Shown in pieces: positions 48,045-57,671 of a stretch of 64,000 nucleotides of DNA. Position 1 is the first letter of the stretch. Each line of letters begins with the position of its first letter. This stretch comes from Candidatus Omnitrophota bacterium (GTDB lineage Bacteria; Omnitrophota; Omnitrophia; Omnitrophales; Aquincolibacteriaceae). The stretch is taken from assembly GCA_043821445.1 (NCBI GenBank), contig JBDRCT010000017.1, positions 5,679 through 69,678 on the forward strand, read 5' to 3'. Both the position numbers and the translations under genes were made by a program. Under the pieces are notes generated by a model that was given only the letters and a program-made list of their open reading frames with translations, was not told the DNA's origin and did no database searches.

Positions 48045-49147
48045 TCTTTTCCCATTTCAATACGTTTGGCGATCGATGGATGATCGTAAAAGAACCATTC
48101 ATACCACGCCGGAGGCTCGGGATCCGCAAGATTCTGTTCGCCTAATTTGTTCATGCAAGCGATAAAAACTTCCCGGGTCTCAAGCGCCCTCAACGCAAAA
48201 ATATCAGCCGCCCGCTCCCGCCGTCTGGAATAACCGTTCATGACCGGCATCAGAACCAGATGAACGGCATAAAAGATCAAGAAGAGCAGCGGAAGGCCTG
48301 CCACATCCGCCGGAGAATTCAAAGACAGCCTGGGTGCAAGTGCGTTCATTCCCCAGAACCCGGCGGCAAACGCGGCAAGCGAAGCCATGAGGCCAACCGC
48401 CAGAAGCCGCCAAACGTCGCGGTGCTTGTAGTGGCCCAGTTCGTGCGCGACGACTACCTCCACTTCAGAGTGCGTGAAGTTCTGGATCAACGTATCGCTT
48501 AAGACCACCCGTTTGGTCCTTCCGATCCCCATGAAGGCGGCATTCGCCTTCTTGGTCGTTTTACTCAGATTAAGCGAATAGACGTTCCCGACCGGCATGT
48601 CAAAACGCGCGGCAAGCTTCAGAACCCTCGTCTCCAGTTCTTTATCTTCAAGCCTACCATATTTATAAAAAAGCGGCACGATCAAGACCGGAAAGACCTT
48701 CCCGAGGACATAACTCACAAAGGCGTAAGCCGCCCACGCCCAGATCCACCAATGCGCGTGATCCATACGAATGATCAGGTAAAGGCATTCCAGAAGCGCA
48801 AGTGACAGCGCGAACGAAAGAAGCGTTTTTTTTCCGAGATCCAAAAGCCACTGACCGAAGCTCTGATTCGAAAGACCGAATTGATGCTCTAACGCAAATC
48901 CCGAATAGAACGCAAGCGGCAGATCAAAGATCAGAAAAAAAATAGAGAAAAGAAAAAAATAGACCGCAACAACGCCCGCATCATTCGCCCCGGCGAGTCC
49001 GACAGCGTTCTGCCGCATCCCGAACGTCCACCCGCTTGCAATTAATATCCCGAGAAGCGAGGGCGTAAGAGCGAGTTGAAAAAGCGAAAGCCTGCGGCGG
49101 ATGATCTGATATTCTTTCGCTTTTAGGTCCGTAGGTTCCATGGTCAA
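48020..49147 (-). CDS. M48 family (Ste24-like) membrane metallopeptidase
   Basis: KANAAFMGIGRTKRVVLSDTL, HELGH, ERAAD, HPS...RI. Confidence 0.95.
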   Translation of the reverse strand: MTMEPTDLKAKEYQIIRRRLSLFQLALTPSLLGILIASGWTFGMRQNAVGLAGANDAGVVAVYFFLFSIFFLIFDLPLAFYSGFALEHQFGLSNQSFGQWLLDLGKKTLLSFALSLALLECLYLIIRMDHAHWWIWAWAAYAFVSYVLGKVFPVLIVPLFYKYGRLEDKELETRVLKLAARFDMPVGNVYSLNLSKTTKKANAAFMGIGRTKRVVLSDTLIQNFTHSEVEVVVAHELGHYKHRDVWRLLAVGLMASLAAFAAGFWGMNALAPRLSLNSPADVAGLPLLFLIFYAVHLVLMPVMNGYSRRRERAADIFALRALETREVFIACMNKLGEQNLADPEPPAWYEWFFYDHPSIAKRIEMGKEWTTGHRP

Positions 49148-50037
49148 TTGAATTCGGTCATCACGCCAAAATGGTCCGAGGGATAGACGCCTTCTTCCGA
49201 TGGTTTATCAAAAACAATACGTGAGGATCTTATCTTCTCAAAAAGCCCCGTCTGTTCGCGGATAAAAATATAATCGATACGCCGTTCAGTCATCTTCTCC
49301 CGCTCCGCTTCCGCATAAGGATTCCGGTAATCCCAGGTCAATCCCGGATCCCCGGGGTTCTTCGCATCGAAGGTGTCGCACCATTTCAGCATCTTCCGAA
49401 GATGAGTGACGGAGGGTGTATCCGGTCCCGCGTTGAGATCTCCTATGAGCGCCACGGGCAGATCTCCGGACTTCTTCTGCACGAACGCCGCAAGCTCCAT
49501 GGTCTGCTTCAGGCGGATCTCGTTCTCATCGGCCTTCCACGAAAGATGGGTGTTAAAAAGCGCAACCTTCCCCCCGCCCGTATCCACTTGGACATAAAAA
49601 ACATAGCGCAGATAATCCTCGGTGGGTGACTTCGTTTTCATGACCAGGCATTCCTGTTCGACAATTTTGAATTTCGAAAGAAAGATCAGCCCGGAATGTT
49701 CGCTGTTCACAGCAAGATAGGAATACCCGCTCCGTTTTTGAATTTCCCGGGCCCAGTCTATATTGAAAACTTCCTGAAAGCCTACGATGTCGGCATCGTA
49801 TTCTTTTAGACCTTTGAGAATAAGTTCCCACCGGTCGCGCCACGGCCCACGTTCCTGCCAGGTATTCAACGTCAGTATTTTCACGCCTTTCTTCCTTTCA
49901 CTGGCGCCATGAGATCCACCAACCTCCCCGGCACCCCCGGTCACGATCATCAAAACGCACCCCGCTAAGAAGAGATCCCTTATTTTTTCCCGGAGACATG
50001 CTATTTTTTTCAAAGCAGAAACGCAAGAACCGCTCAT
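49144..50037 (-). CDS. Endonuclease/exonuclease/phosphatase family protein
   Basis: LTLN, FQEV, NTHL, GDLN, RIDYIF, SDH. Confidence 0.92.
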   Translation of the reverse strand: MSGSCVSALKKIACLREKIRDLFLAGCVLMIVTGGAGEVGGSHGASERKKGVKILTLNTWQERGPWRDRWELILKGLKEYDADIVGFQEVFNIDWAREIQKRSGYSYLAVNSEHSGLIFLSKFKIVEQECLVMKTKSPTEDYLRYVFYVQVDTGGGKVALFNTHLSWKADENEIRLKQTMELAAFVQKKSGDLPVALIGDLNAGPDTPSVTHLRKMLKWCDTFDAKNPGDPGLTWDYRNPYAEAEREKMTERRIDYIFIREQTGLFEKIRSSRIVFDKPSEEGVYPSDHFGVMTEFN

Positions 50038-50846
50038 CGACTGTGATGATGTCTTATGTGCTCTAACCTGCCGATCATCTCATGCCGGATCTTCTCTTTC
50101 ACCTCTTCCATCGAACTGTCCGAGAAATCCTCAAGCGATACGGGCTTCCCGATCGAAACGATGAAGGTGCTTTTCTTTTTGACGAGCCACGACTTTTTCG
50201 GAAGCGCCTGACCGGTCCCATCGATCACAATCGGAAGGATCTCGATTTTGTTGTCACGCGCGAGCTTGAAGGCCCCCATTTTGAACGCATGGATCTTTCC
50301 GTCGGGGCTACGGGTCCCTTCCGGGAAAAGGAGTACGCTCACACCCTTTTTGAGGACCCGGGTGATCCTTTGCATGGCATCCCGACCGCTCCTGTGACTT
50401 GCGCGATCGACCGGAATGTAACCCGCAATCGTCATCGACCAACCCATGAACGGGATATGAAAAAGCTCGCGTTTGGCAAGGAACTTGAAATTGATCGGAA
50501 GGGCGGCGCACACGGCAAGAATATCCAGCAGGCTCTGGTGATTAGCGACAAGAATGTAGTGTTTCCCCTTCTGGAGATGTTCCCGCCCCGTGACAACGAT
50601 CCCCCAGATCGAACTCCAGCGAATGATGGTCCGTCCCCAGTCGGCCGAAATAGCATGCAGGACCTTCCGGGTCTCGCGGTCAAAGAGAAGCGTCCATGGA
50701 AAAACAATGAGAAGGTTCAAGGACGCGGCAAAAAGCGTTAAAAAAACCGTTGCGGTCCAAAGGCTCAGCGAATAAAAAAGGCTTCCCAAGGGTCCGAATG
50801 TGCGTTCTTTGAGGATATTCACCCCGTTAGAGATTGTTGGACTCAT
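50034..50846 (-). CDS. plsC: Lysophospholipid acyltransferase (PlsC-like)
   Basis: NHQSLLD, FPEGTRS, FKMGAF. Confidence 0.9.
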   Translation of the reverse strand: MSPTISNGVNILKERTFGPLGSLFYSLSLWTATVFLTLFAASLNLLIVFPWTLLFDRETRKVLHAISADWGRTIIRWSSIWGIVVTGREHLQKGKHYILVANHQSLLDILAVCAALPINFKFLAKRELFHIPFMGWSMTIAGYIPVDRASHRSGRDAMQRITRVLKKGVSVLLFPEGTRSPDGKIHAFKMGAFKLARDNKIEILPIVIDGTGQALPKKSWLVKKKSTFIVSIGKPVSLEDFSDSSMEEVKEKIRHEMIGRLEHIRHHHSR

Positions 50847-50945
50847 ATTTCAGTTCTCTCTGGAATATTAAAAGTCGAAACATTTAATGTGAATTTTTCT
50901 CATGTCCCGGAAGCGCACTAAAAACGTTTCCTATCTCTGACGGGG
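50822..50945. mobile_element. 124 bp MITE-like element with CCCCGTTAGAGA terminal inverted repeats and a TGAA target duplication
   Basis: ttca|ccccgttagaga...tctctgacgggg|ttca. Confidence 0.8.
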
Positions 50946-51034
50946 TTCATAGGCGGCATTTTAGCGGTCAAACTCTCCATTGGAAACAGCTTTTTCCCTC
51001 CTGATCCGCAAACCGGATCCTGAGCCAAGCGGGA

Positions 51035-53224
51035 TCAGCGGAAATAACGTTCCGGCGGGGATGGAGAATCGTCATCGAATTCTATGAGGGTATCGTGGAT
51101 GGAATGACCCGTGCGGTCCTGGTCTTCGTCTTCATCCCGGTAGCCGTTCCCGGAATGCATGGCCCGGACGTCGTAAAGATCTGCGGGGATCTCATTCAAG
51201 AACCGGGATGGAAGATTATGATGCATAGTGCCGTACATGCGCCGCTGGGTCGCGTAGGAAAGATGTAGTTTTTCGCGAGCGCGCGTGATACCCACGTAAC
51301 AAAGCCGCCGTTCCTCTTCGATCTCGTCGGAGGGGCCCACAAAAGAATTTACGTGCGGGAATATCCCCTCCTCCATGCCGACCATGTGGACGATCGGAAA
51401 TTCCAGTCCCTTGGCGGTATGAAGTGTCATCAGCGTGAGCACATTCGTCCCTTGGTCCCAGGCATCGAGATCGGTCACAAGCTCAATCGAATCGAGAAAC
51501 GTTCGCAAGGAGCTCGCCGGAAAAGTTGGGACTAGTTCCTCTTGACCCGTTGGAATTTCCTGTTTTCTCGAGTCCCGAGTCCCGAACCCTGGGTCCCCCT
51601 TTTCCGTAAAGTCCTCGATCACGCTGAAGAACTCCTCAATATTCTCAAGACGCGCCTGGGCTTCCGGAGTGCGTTCGGCCTCAAGCGCTACGACATACCC
51701 CGTATCCTCAAGGACCCGCTCCAGGATCTCGTGGACCGTCACCTCGTACTGCTTTTTCCGAAGTTTCGTCAGCCAAGCATAGAACACCCCAAGGCTCTTT
51801 TTAACCCGCGGGGTTAATCCGTCGATGGCCCCAACATTTTCTAGCACGGCATCCCAATCGGCAACTTCCTCCGGAGAACGGGTAGCGGATGCCGGATGGC
51901 GAGAACCGGTTTGGACCTTCCGTCCTCCGTGCCCCACCATCCTGTTTTTTTCGATTTCAAGCATTTCCATCGCTTTCTTCCCGATCCCCCGCGGCGGCAC
52001 GTTGATGACGCGCTTCAAACTTATCTCATCATAAGGGTAGGCAATGATCCTGAGGTAGGCAATGACGTCTTTGATCTCCCGGCGGTCATAGAAACGCGTC
52101 CCGCCCACGATCTTGTAGGGAATGTTCGCGCGCATCAACTCTTCTTCCATTACACGCGATTGAGCGTGAACGCGGTAAAAGATCACTTGGTCCGCAAAGC
52201 TGCGGCCCTGGGCCTTGTACTTCAAAACATTGCCGGTGACGTACTTGGCTTCCTCGTTTTCATTCTCCGCGTTAAAAAGTTCTATCTTCGCGCCACCCTT
52301 CTGCTCGGTCCAAAGCTCCTTGGGTTTGCGCATCTGATTGTTCTTGATCAGGTGGTTCGCCGCATCGAGGATCACGGGCGTGGAGCGATAGTTCTGCTCC
52401 ATGCGGATCGCTCCGGATTCAGGATAATCTGCTTCAAAATTAAGGATGTTCTTGATATCCGCTCCCCGCCACGCATAAATGGATTGGTCCGGGTCCCCCA
52501 CGACGGTGATCTGACGCCTTGCGGAGGCCAGAAGTTTCACAAAGCGGTATTGTGCATGGTTCGTATCCTGATATTCATCGATAAGGACATGCTGAAAACG
52601 GTCCTGCCAAGTCTTGAGCACCTGGGGGTTCTTGTCAAAAAGCGCCACGGTTTTCATGATAAGATCCCCAAAATCACATGCCTTGAGCCGTTTCATTCGA
52701 GTTTCATAAAGCTGATAAACCTTCCCGGCATGATCTTCAAAAAGATCCGTCGCCCTTGCTAAGTAATGGGCGGGAGAAACAAGATAATCTTTCGAACGCT
52801 GGATCTCCTCCCGCACGGCCTTGGGGTTCACATCCTTTTCGTTCAGCTTGAGCTTCGCGATGCATTCCTTGATCACTTGAAGTTGGTCGTATTCGTCGTA
52901 GATGATGAAATTCCGGTCGATTTCTATCGCGGGTCCGTCCTGGCGGAGGATGCGGAGGCAGGTGGAATGGAACGTACTCACCCATACTCTTTGGGAAACG
53001 AGCTTTTCGATACGGTTGCGCATTTCCTGCGCGGCTTTGTTCGTAAACGTCACCCCGAGGATATTAAAAGCCGGCACACCATGCTCGATCAAATACGCGA
53101 TCCGGTGCGTGAGAATGCGTGTCTTCCCGCTCCCCGCCCCGGCCAGGATAAGCAGCGGCCGGACCGGAGGCCAGGAAACAGCCTCCTTCTGAGAAGCATT
53201 CAAATTGGCAAGAAGGTTTTTCAT
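51035..53224 (-). CDS. pcrA: ATP-dependent DNA helicase UvrD/PcrA
   Basis: AGAGSGKT, DEYQD, VGDPDQSIYAWRGA, QNYRS, MTLHTAKGLEF, EEERRLCYVGITRA. Confidence 0.96.
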   Translation of the reverse strand: MKNLLANLNASQKEAVSWPPVRPLLILAGAGSGKTRILTHRIAYLIEHGVPAFNILGVTFTNKAAQEMRNRIEKLVSQRVWVSTFHSTCLRILRQDGPAIEIDRNFIIYDEYDQLQVIKECIAKLKLNEKDVNPKAVREEIQRSKDYLVSPAHYLARATDLFEDHAGKVYQLYETRMKRLKACDFGDLIMKTVALFDKNPQVLKTWQDRFQHVLIDEYQDTNHAQYRFVKLLASARRQITVVGDPDQSIYAWRGADIKNILNFEADYPESGAIRMEQNYRSTPVILDAANHLIKNNQMRKPKELWTEQKGGAKIELFNAENENEEAKYVTGNVLKYKAQGRSFADQVIFYRVHAQSRVMEEELMRANIPYKIVGGTRFYDRREIKDVIAYLRIIAYPYDEISLKRVINVPPRGIGKKAMEMLEIEKNRMVGHGGRKVQTGSRHPASATRSPEEVADWDAVLENVGAIDGLTPRVKKSLGVFYAWLTKLRKKQYEVTVHEILERVLEDTGYVVALEAERTPEAQARLENIEEFFSVIEDFTEKGDPGFGTRDSRKQEIPTGQEELVPTFPASSLRTFLDSIELVTDLDAWDQGTNVLTLMTLHTAKGLEFPIVHMVGMEEGIFPHVNSFVGPSDEIEEERRLCYVGITRAREKLHLSYATQRRMYGTMHHNLPSRFLNEIPADLYDVRAMHSGNGYRDEDEDQDRTGHSIHDTLIEFDDDSPSPPERYFR

Positions 53225-53265
53225 CTTATAATCTTGGTATGACGCCAGGCACACGATGAACTTCT

Positions 53266-53646
53266 TTAAAGTGATTCATCATCAATCTTATACTTCCCGA
53301 AAGCCTCCTCAAAATCATAGACCTTATCAAAATCTTCGAGTTTGTCCTCGGGTTGTCTGCTGAGAAGTTGGACATCGATCAAGGCATAAACGATCTTTCC
53401 GAAATCAAGTGTCGTGTGGATCCCCCAGTGGTGGAGCACCGTCTTGGCCATGGGACCGAACTGATCCAGCGTGTACTTGCGTATCCCCAACGCAAGCTCT
53501 TTCCCGGTGATGTGCCGTGGCTTTTTGAGCTTGCTCACCGTGTCGTGAAGCGCCGCCAAAACGAACGTATAGGCCTCGAACTTATAGTCCGGGTCCTTTT
53601 CAAGAATGGCTTCGATCTTTTTAAGAAAACTTCCGGCTTCTTCCAT
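53266..53646 (-). CDS. Minf_1886-like (Verrucomicrobia/Planctomycetes-type) protein
   Basis: Y..EAY.FV..AL...HITGKEL..G.R.Y...QFGPMA..VL..WGI..T.DFG.IV..L...D..EDF. Confidence 0.8.
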   Translation of the reverse strand: MEEAGSFLKKIEAILEKDPDYKFEAYTFVLAALHDTVSKLKKPRHITGKELALGIRKYTLDQFGPMAKTVLHHWGIHTTLDFGKIVYALIDVQLLSRQPEDKLEDFDKVYDFEEAFGKYKIDDESL

Positions 53647-53649
53647 CTT

Positions 53650-54384
53650 TCAAGGCCTTGAGGCCTGAGAACCGGGCCATGAGGAAAAGCTCTCACTCAA
53701 AGCCCATGGCTTGCGGCTCATGGCTTTCCTTTCCGCTTCAAAGAAAATTTCCGGGTCAAGATCCGTGTCCCGGATCATGATTTCAAAAATCGTCTCCAAG
53801 CCCTTCCGGACCGCCCCGATCAGATCCTCCCGCTTGACACCCGGCGGAATCAAAATCGATTCGTGATGCAAAAGCATACCCCCGGAACGTTTCTGCGCGC
53901 CTCCGGCGATCTTTTTGCTCTTCCAGGAAAGATCGCTTTTCACCGGAAAATCAAAACAGTCACTCCCTTGAGATACGGTATCTTCGGGACCGTAGAATTT
54001 CGGATCGAGACCGCAAAGTTCAAGACCCATTTTAACGCCTTCGTGAATTTTTCCATAGCTCGCCGAAACGTAGGACAACGGAGAGAAGCTTCCGTTATAT
54101 CGTGCGATCAAGGAAAAGATCAGATCCCGGCCATGAAGCACGCATCCTCCGCCCGTAATGCGCCGGCAGACCGGCACTTGAGGGTTCTTAACAACCAGAC
54201 CGGACTTTGAAAGAGCCGCAGAATCCCGGAAGGAACACCCCGCGCTGATCCACGGCTCCGGCGAAACATAGAATCGAAGGATGGGAGCTTGGACCGCATT
54301 TATTTGGGATTCAAAAAGAAGCTCATCCAGGGCCATTTGAAGCGGCATCGGCGCGCTGATCGTGGGCAGCAGACTCCAGTTCAT
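53650..54384 (-). CDS. Lipoate-protein ligase family (LipM/LplA-like)
   Basis: MALDELL, RRITGGGCVLH, KKIAGGAQ; adjacent to the gcv genes. Confidence 0.9.
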   Translation of the reverse strand: MNWSLLPTISAPMPLQMALDELLFESQINAVQAPILRFYVSPEPWISAGCSFRDSAALSKSGLVVKNPQVPVCRRITGGGCVLHGRDLIFSLIARYNGSFSPLSYVSASYGKIHEGVKMGLELCGLDPKFYGPEDTVSQGSDCFDFPVKSDLSWKSKKIAGGAQKRSGGMLLHHESILIPPGVKREDLIGAVRKGLETIFEIMIRDTDLDPEIFFEAERKAMSRKPWALSESFSSWPGSQASRP

Positions 54385-55880
54385 GCCACAGCTTCGGCCA
54401 GCAATACTTTTTCCCGGACTTGATCGCGGTAGGAAAGAATGGGCTTGCGCGCGGCAAGAATGTCGTCGGGACGGCGCACCGGAAGCGTATGAGGCGCTGT
54501 TTTCACTTTTTCCGGATCGGTCGCGATCTCGAGAGCGATCTCTTTCATCGCTTCAATAAAAAGATCCAGCGTTTCACGGGCCTCGGTCTCCGTGGGTTCG
54601 ATCATGAGGGCCTCGGGCACTACCAACGGAAAATGAACTGTCGGCGCATGAAAACCAAAATCGAGAAGACGCTTGCCCACATCTCCCGCGTGAACACCTT
54701 GCGCGGCAAAGGACTTGAGTGAGAGGACGAACTCGTGCATGCACGGCCCCTCCGTCGCAACCTTGAAAGTGCCCTTGAGCATTTCCTTCATGTAATTGGC
54801 GTTCAGGATCGCGGCTTCGCTCACTTTCCGGAGCCCCTCTTTGCCGAGCATTTTTAAGTAAACATAAGCACGTATCATGACCCCGACGTTCCCGTGGAAA
54901 AGTTTGACACGACCGATCGATCGTGGGCTGTGCGAGGCCCACACATAACCTTTTTTCGTTCGCTCCACGAGAGGACCGGGAAGGAACGGGATCAAATGTT
55001 TTTTCACGCCCACAGGCCCGGCCCCGGGTCCGCCGCCGCCGTGCGGAGTCGAAAAAGTTTTATGCAGGTTGATGTGAATGATGTCAAAACCCATGTCCCC
55101 AGGCCGTGCGATCCCAAGTAACGGATTCAAATTGGCGCCATCGTAATAAAGAAGTCCGCCGTGCTGATGCACGAGTTTTGTGATCTCGAGTATATCCTTT
55201 TCGAAAAGCCCAAGCGTGTTCGGATTGGTGAGCATAAGGCATGCTACATGCTCATCAAGATGCTGCTTCAGATCTTCCAGATCCACGCACCCATAGCGAT
55301 CGGATTTGATCTCGACCACGTGATAACCGAAAAGCGCGGCACTCGCGGGATTGGTTCCGTGGCTGGAGTCCGGCACAAGCACTTTGGTGCGTGTAGGCCC
55401 GCCCCGGGAAGCGTGGTACGCCCGGACAAGCATCATCCCCGTCAGCTCCCCATGCGCTCCGGCCGCGGGCTGCAATGTGAAACGGTCCATCCCCGAGATC
55501 TCTTTAAGGCCTTCCTCGAGCTCCCAAAGGATCTGAAGCATCCCCTGCACGGTCGCTTCGGCCTGAAGCGGATGCAGGGCCGTGAATTTCTCCTGCCGGG
55601 TCGCCCACTCGTTCACCTTGGGATTATATTTCATGGTGCAGCTTCCGAGAGGATAAAAATGTGTGTCCACCGAAAAATTCTTCCGCGAAAGATTGATGAA
55701 ATGCCGGACGATATCGAGCTCGCTGAGCTCGGGAAAGCCTATGGAAGTTTGGCGCAAAAGACCCTTCGGAGTACTTTGGAAAGGATCCTCACCCGAGTAA
55801 CGTTCCTTAGAGAAACTCACCGCCCTGCGGCCCGGCTTGCTCTTTTCAAAACTGAGACGGTCGTCTTGGGAGATTAACAT
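54381..55880 (-). CDS. gcvPB: Glycine dehydrogenase subunit 2
   Basis: YPLGSCTMKYNP, QPAAGAHGE, HGTNPASA, NLHKTFSTPHGGGGPG. Confidence 0.97.
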   Translation of the reverse strand: MLISQDDRLSFEKSKPGRRAVSFSKERYSGEDPFQSTPKGLLRQTSIGFPELSELDIVRHFINLSRKNFSVDTHFYPLGSCTMKYNPKVNEWATRQEKFTALHPLQAEATVQGMLQILWELEEGLKEISGMDRFTLQPAAGAHGELTGMMLVRAYHASRGGPTRTKVLVPDSSHGTNPASAALFGYHVVEIKSDRYGCVDLEDLKQHLDEHVACLMLTNPNTLGLFEKDILEITKLVHQHGGLLYYDGANLNPLLGIARPGDMGFDIIHINLHKTFSTPHGGGGPGAGPVGVKKHLIPFLPGPLVERTKKGYVWASHSPRSIGRVKLFHGNVGVMIRAYVYLKMLGKEGLRKVSEAAILNANYMKEMLKGTFKVATEGPCMHEFVLSLKSFAAQGVHAGDVGKRLLDFGFHAPTVHFPLVVPEALMIEPTETEARETLDLFIEAMKEIALEIATDPEKVKTAPHTLPVRRPDDILAARKPILSYRDQVREKVLLAEAVA

Positions 55881-57211
55881 TGGGCCAACGCCTCCGCGAA
55901 CCGATCAAGGTCCTCTTTGGATTTCGTCTCGGTCGCACAAACGAGGAACTGGTCCTTAAGCTCGGGATAGAAGGGCTCCAGCAAAACCCCCGGGAAAATA
56001 CCCTGAGCTGTCATTTTCTCTTCGACCTTCGCGAACGGCTTATTCGACCTGACCTTGAATTCATTAAAAATGGGCTGTGCGAGGTCCACTTCAAAATTCT
56101 TGAGTTTCGCGATCTTCTGGCGCAAATAAGTCGCCCGGTCCCAATTAATCTCGGCGATCTCACGGATGCCTTTTTTCCCGAGAAGCGTCATGTACGCGCA
56201 CGCGGCCAAAGCGCAAAGCGCCTGATTGCTGCAAATATTGGAACCCGCGCGCTCGCGGCGGATGTGTTGTTCACGCGCCTGAAGCGTAAGACAGAACGCC
56301 CGCTTCCCGTCCGCGTCCTGGGTCAGGCCCGCAAGTCTTCCGGGAATACGGCGCATGAGAGCCCGCGAGGTCACGAAATAACCCAAATAAGGGCCGCCGA
56401 ACTCCATGGAAAGACCGAGCGGCTGTCCTTCTCCCGCCGCGATGTCCGCCCCCCACTCCCCGGGCGATTTGAAAAGCCCCCAAGACAAAGGGTCGCCGGT
56501 AAGGATCATAAGCGAACCGTTCGCGTGGATCTTTTCACCCGCACCTTCGAGGTCCTCCGTATTGCCAAAGAAATTCGGCGTCTGGAAGATCACCCCGGCC
56601 ACGCTCGGGTCGAGTTTCGAGGCAAATTCTTTGCGGTTAAAATTCCCCTTTCCATCAAATCCGAATTCCTCGATCATATAAGGTGTACCCGCGAGGTATG
56701 TCCGTATAATCTCCCGATAGTGAGGATGCACGGAACGTGCGACAAGAAGTTTCGAACGGTCTATATGCTTGAGCGCAACCAAGGCGGCTTCCGCGAGACT
56801 GGTGGCACCGTCATAATGGGAGGCATTGGAAACGTCCAGGCCCGTCAACTCCGTCATGAGACTTTGATATTCATAGATGGCTTGCAAAGTCCCTTGGGAG
56901 GCCTCAGGCTGATAAGGTGTATAGGCCGTAAGGAATTCCTGGCGTCCGACGATCTCGAGGGCCGCCGCAGGAATAAAATGTTCGTAACTTCCCGCGCCGA
57001 GAAATGAAAGGACGTCCCGGGTTGTGGTGTTCTTGCGCCCGAGCTTTGAGATCAGGTCCTGGATCTCGGGCTCGCTTAAAAAAGACGGCAAAACGATCTT
57101 GGGATCACGCAGCGAAACCGGGATATCCGTGATCAGCTCATCGAATGAACGGACACCAATCCGATCAAGCATGGACCTTTTTTCTTCTTCCGTGAGCGAG
57201 AGGTAGGGCAT
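55874..57211 (-). CDS. gcvPA: Glycine dehydrogenase subunit 1
   Basis: TAYTPYQPEASQG, NASHYDG, REQHIRRERA.SNICSNQAL. Confidence 0.97.
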   Translation of the reverse strand: MPYLSLTEEEKRSMLDRIGVRSFDELITDIPVSLRDPKIVLPSFLSEPEIQDLISKLGRKNTTTRDVLSFLGAGSYEHFIPAAALEIVGRQEFLTAYTPYQPEASQGTLQAIYEYQSLMTELTGLDVSNASHYDGATSLAEAALVALKHIDRSKLLVARSVHPHYREIIRTYLAGTPYMIEEFGFDGKGNFNRKEFASKLDPSVAGVIFQTPNFFGNTEDLEGAGEKIHANGSLMILTGDPLSWGLFKSPGEWGADIAAGEGQPLGLSMEFGGPYLGYFVTSRALMRRIPGRLAGLTQDADGKRAFCLTLQAREQHIRRERAGSNICSNQALCALAACAYMTLLGKKGIREIAEINWDRATYLRQKIAKLKNFEVDLAQPIFNEFKVRSNKPFAKVEEKMTAQGIFPGVLLEPFYPELKDQFLVCATETKSKEDLDRFAEALAQC

Positions 57212-57225
57212 GAGGACTTTTCGAT

Positions 57226-57618
57226 TTAATGTTTCGGAGCCTGCTCAACGACCACGCGGTACTGCGTAGCCGTCATAAGGGCGTCAAGCTCCGCAGGACT
57301 GGAAAGCTCCAGTTCAAAGATCCAGCCCTCCGTATAAGGACTTTGATTGATGAGTCCCGGATTCGATTCAAGTGCTTTATTCGCATCCGTGATCTTACCG
57401 GAGACCGGTGCGTAGATATCGAAAGCCGCTTTGACGGATTCCACAACCGCCGCCATCTTGGCCTGCTGGACGATCTGACCTTGTTTGGGCAGATCCACGA
57501 ATACGACGTCCGAGATCTCCCCTTGCGCATATTGGGTCACGCCGACCTTGGCCTTCGCACCCTCGACGGCGATCCATTCGTGGGTCTTGGTATAACGCAA
57601 ATTTTCAGGAAAATCCAT
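57226..57618 (-). CDS. gcvH: Glycine cleavage system H protein
   Basis: YTKTHEW, VESVKAA lipoyl-lysine motif, PY..GW. Confidence 0.97.
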   Translation of the reverse strand: MDFPENLRYTKTHEWIAVEGAKAKVGVTQYAQGEISDVVFVDLPKQGQIVQQAKMAAVVESVKAAFDIYAPVSGKITDANKALESNPGLINQSPYTEGWIFELELSSPAELDALMTATQYRVVVEQAPKH

Positions 57619-57671
57619 GATTGCCTCCCATTGAAAATGTCGGAAAATTTTAGAAGTGAATTGAGGTCATT

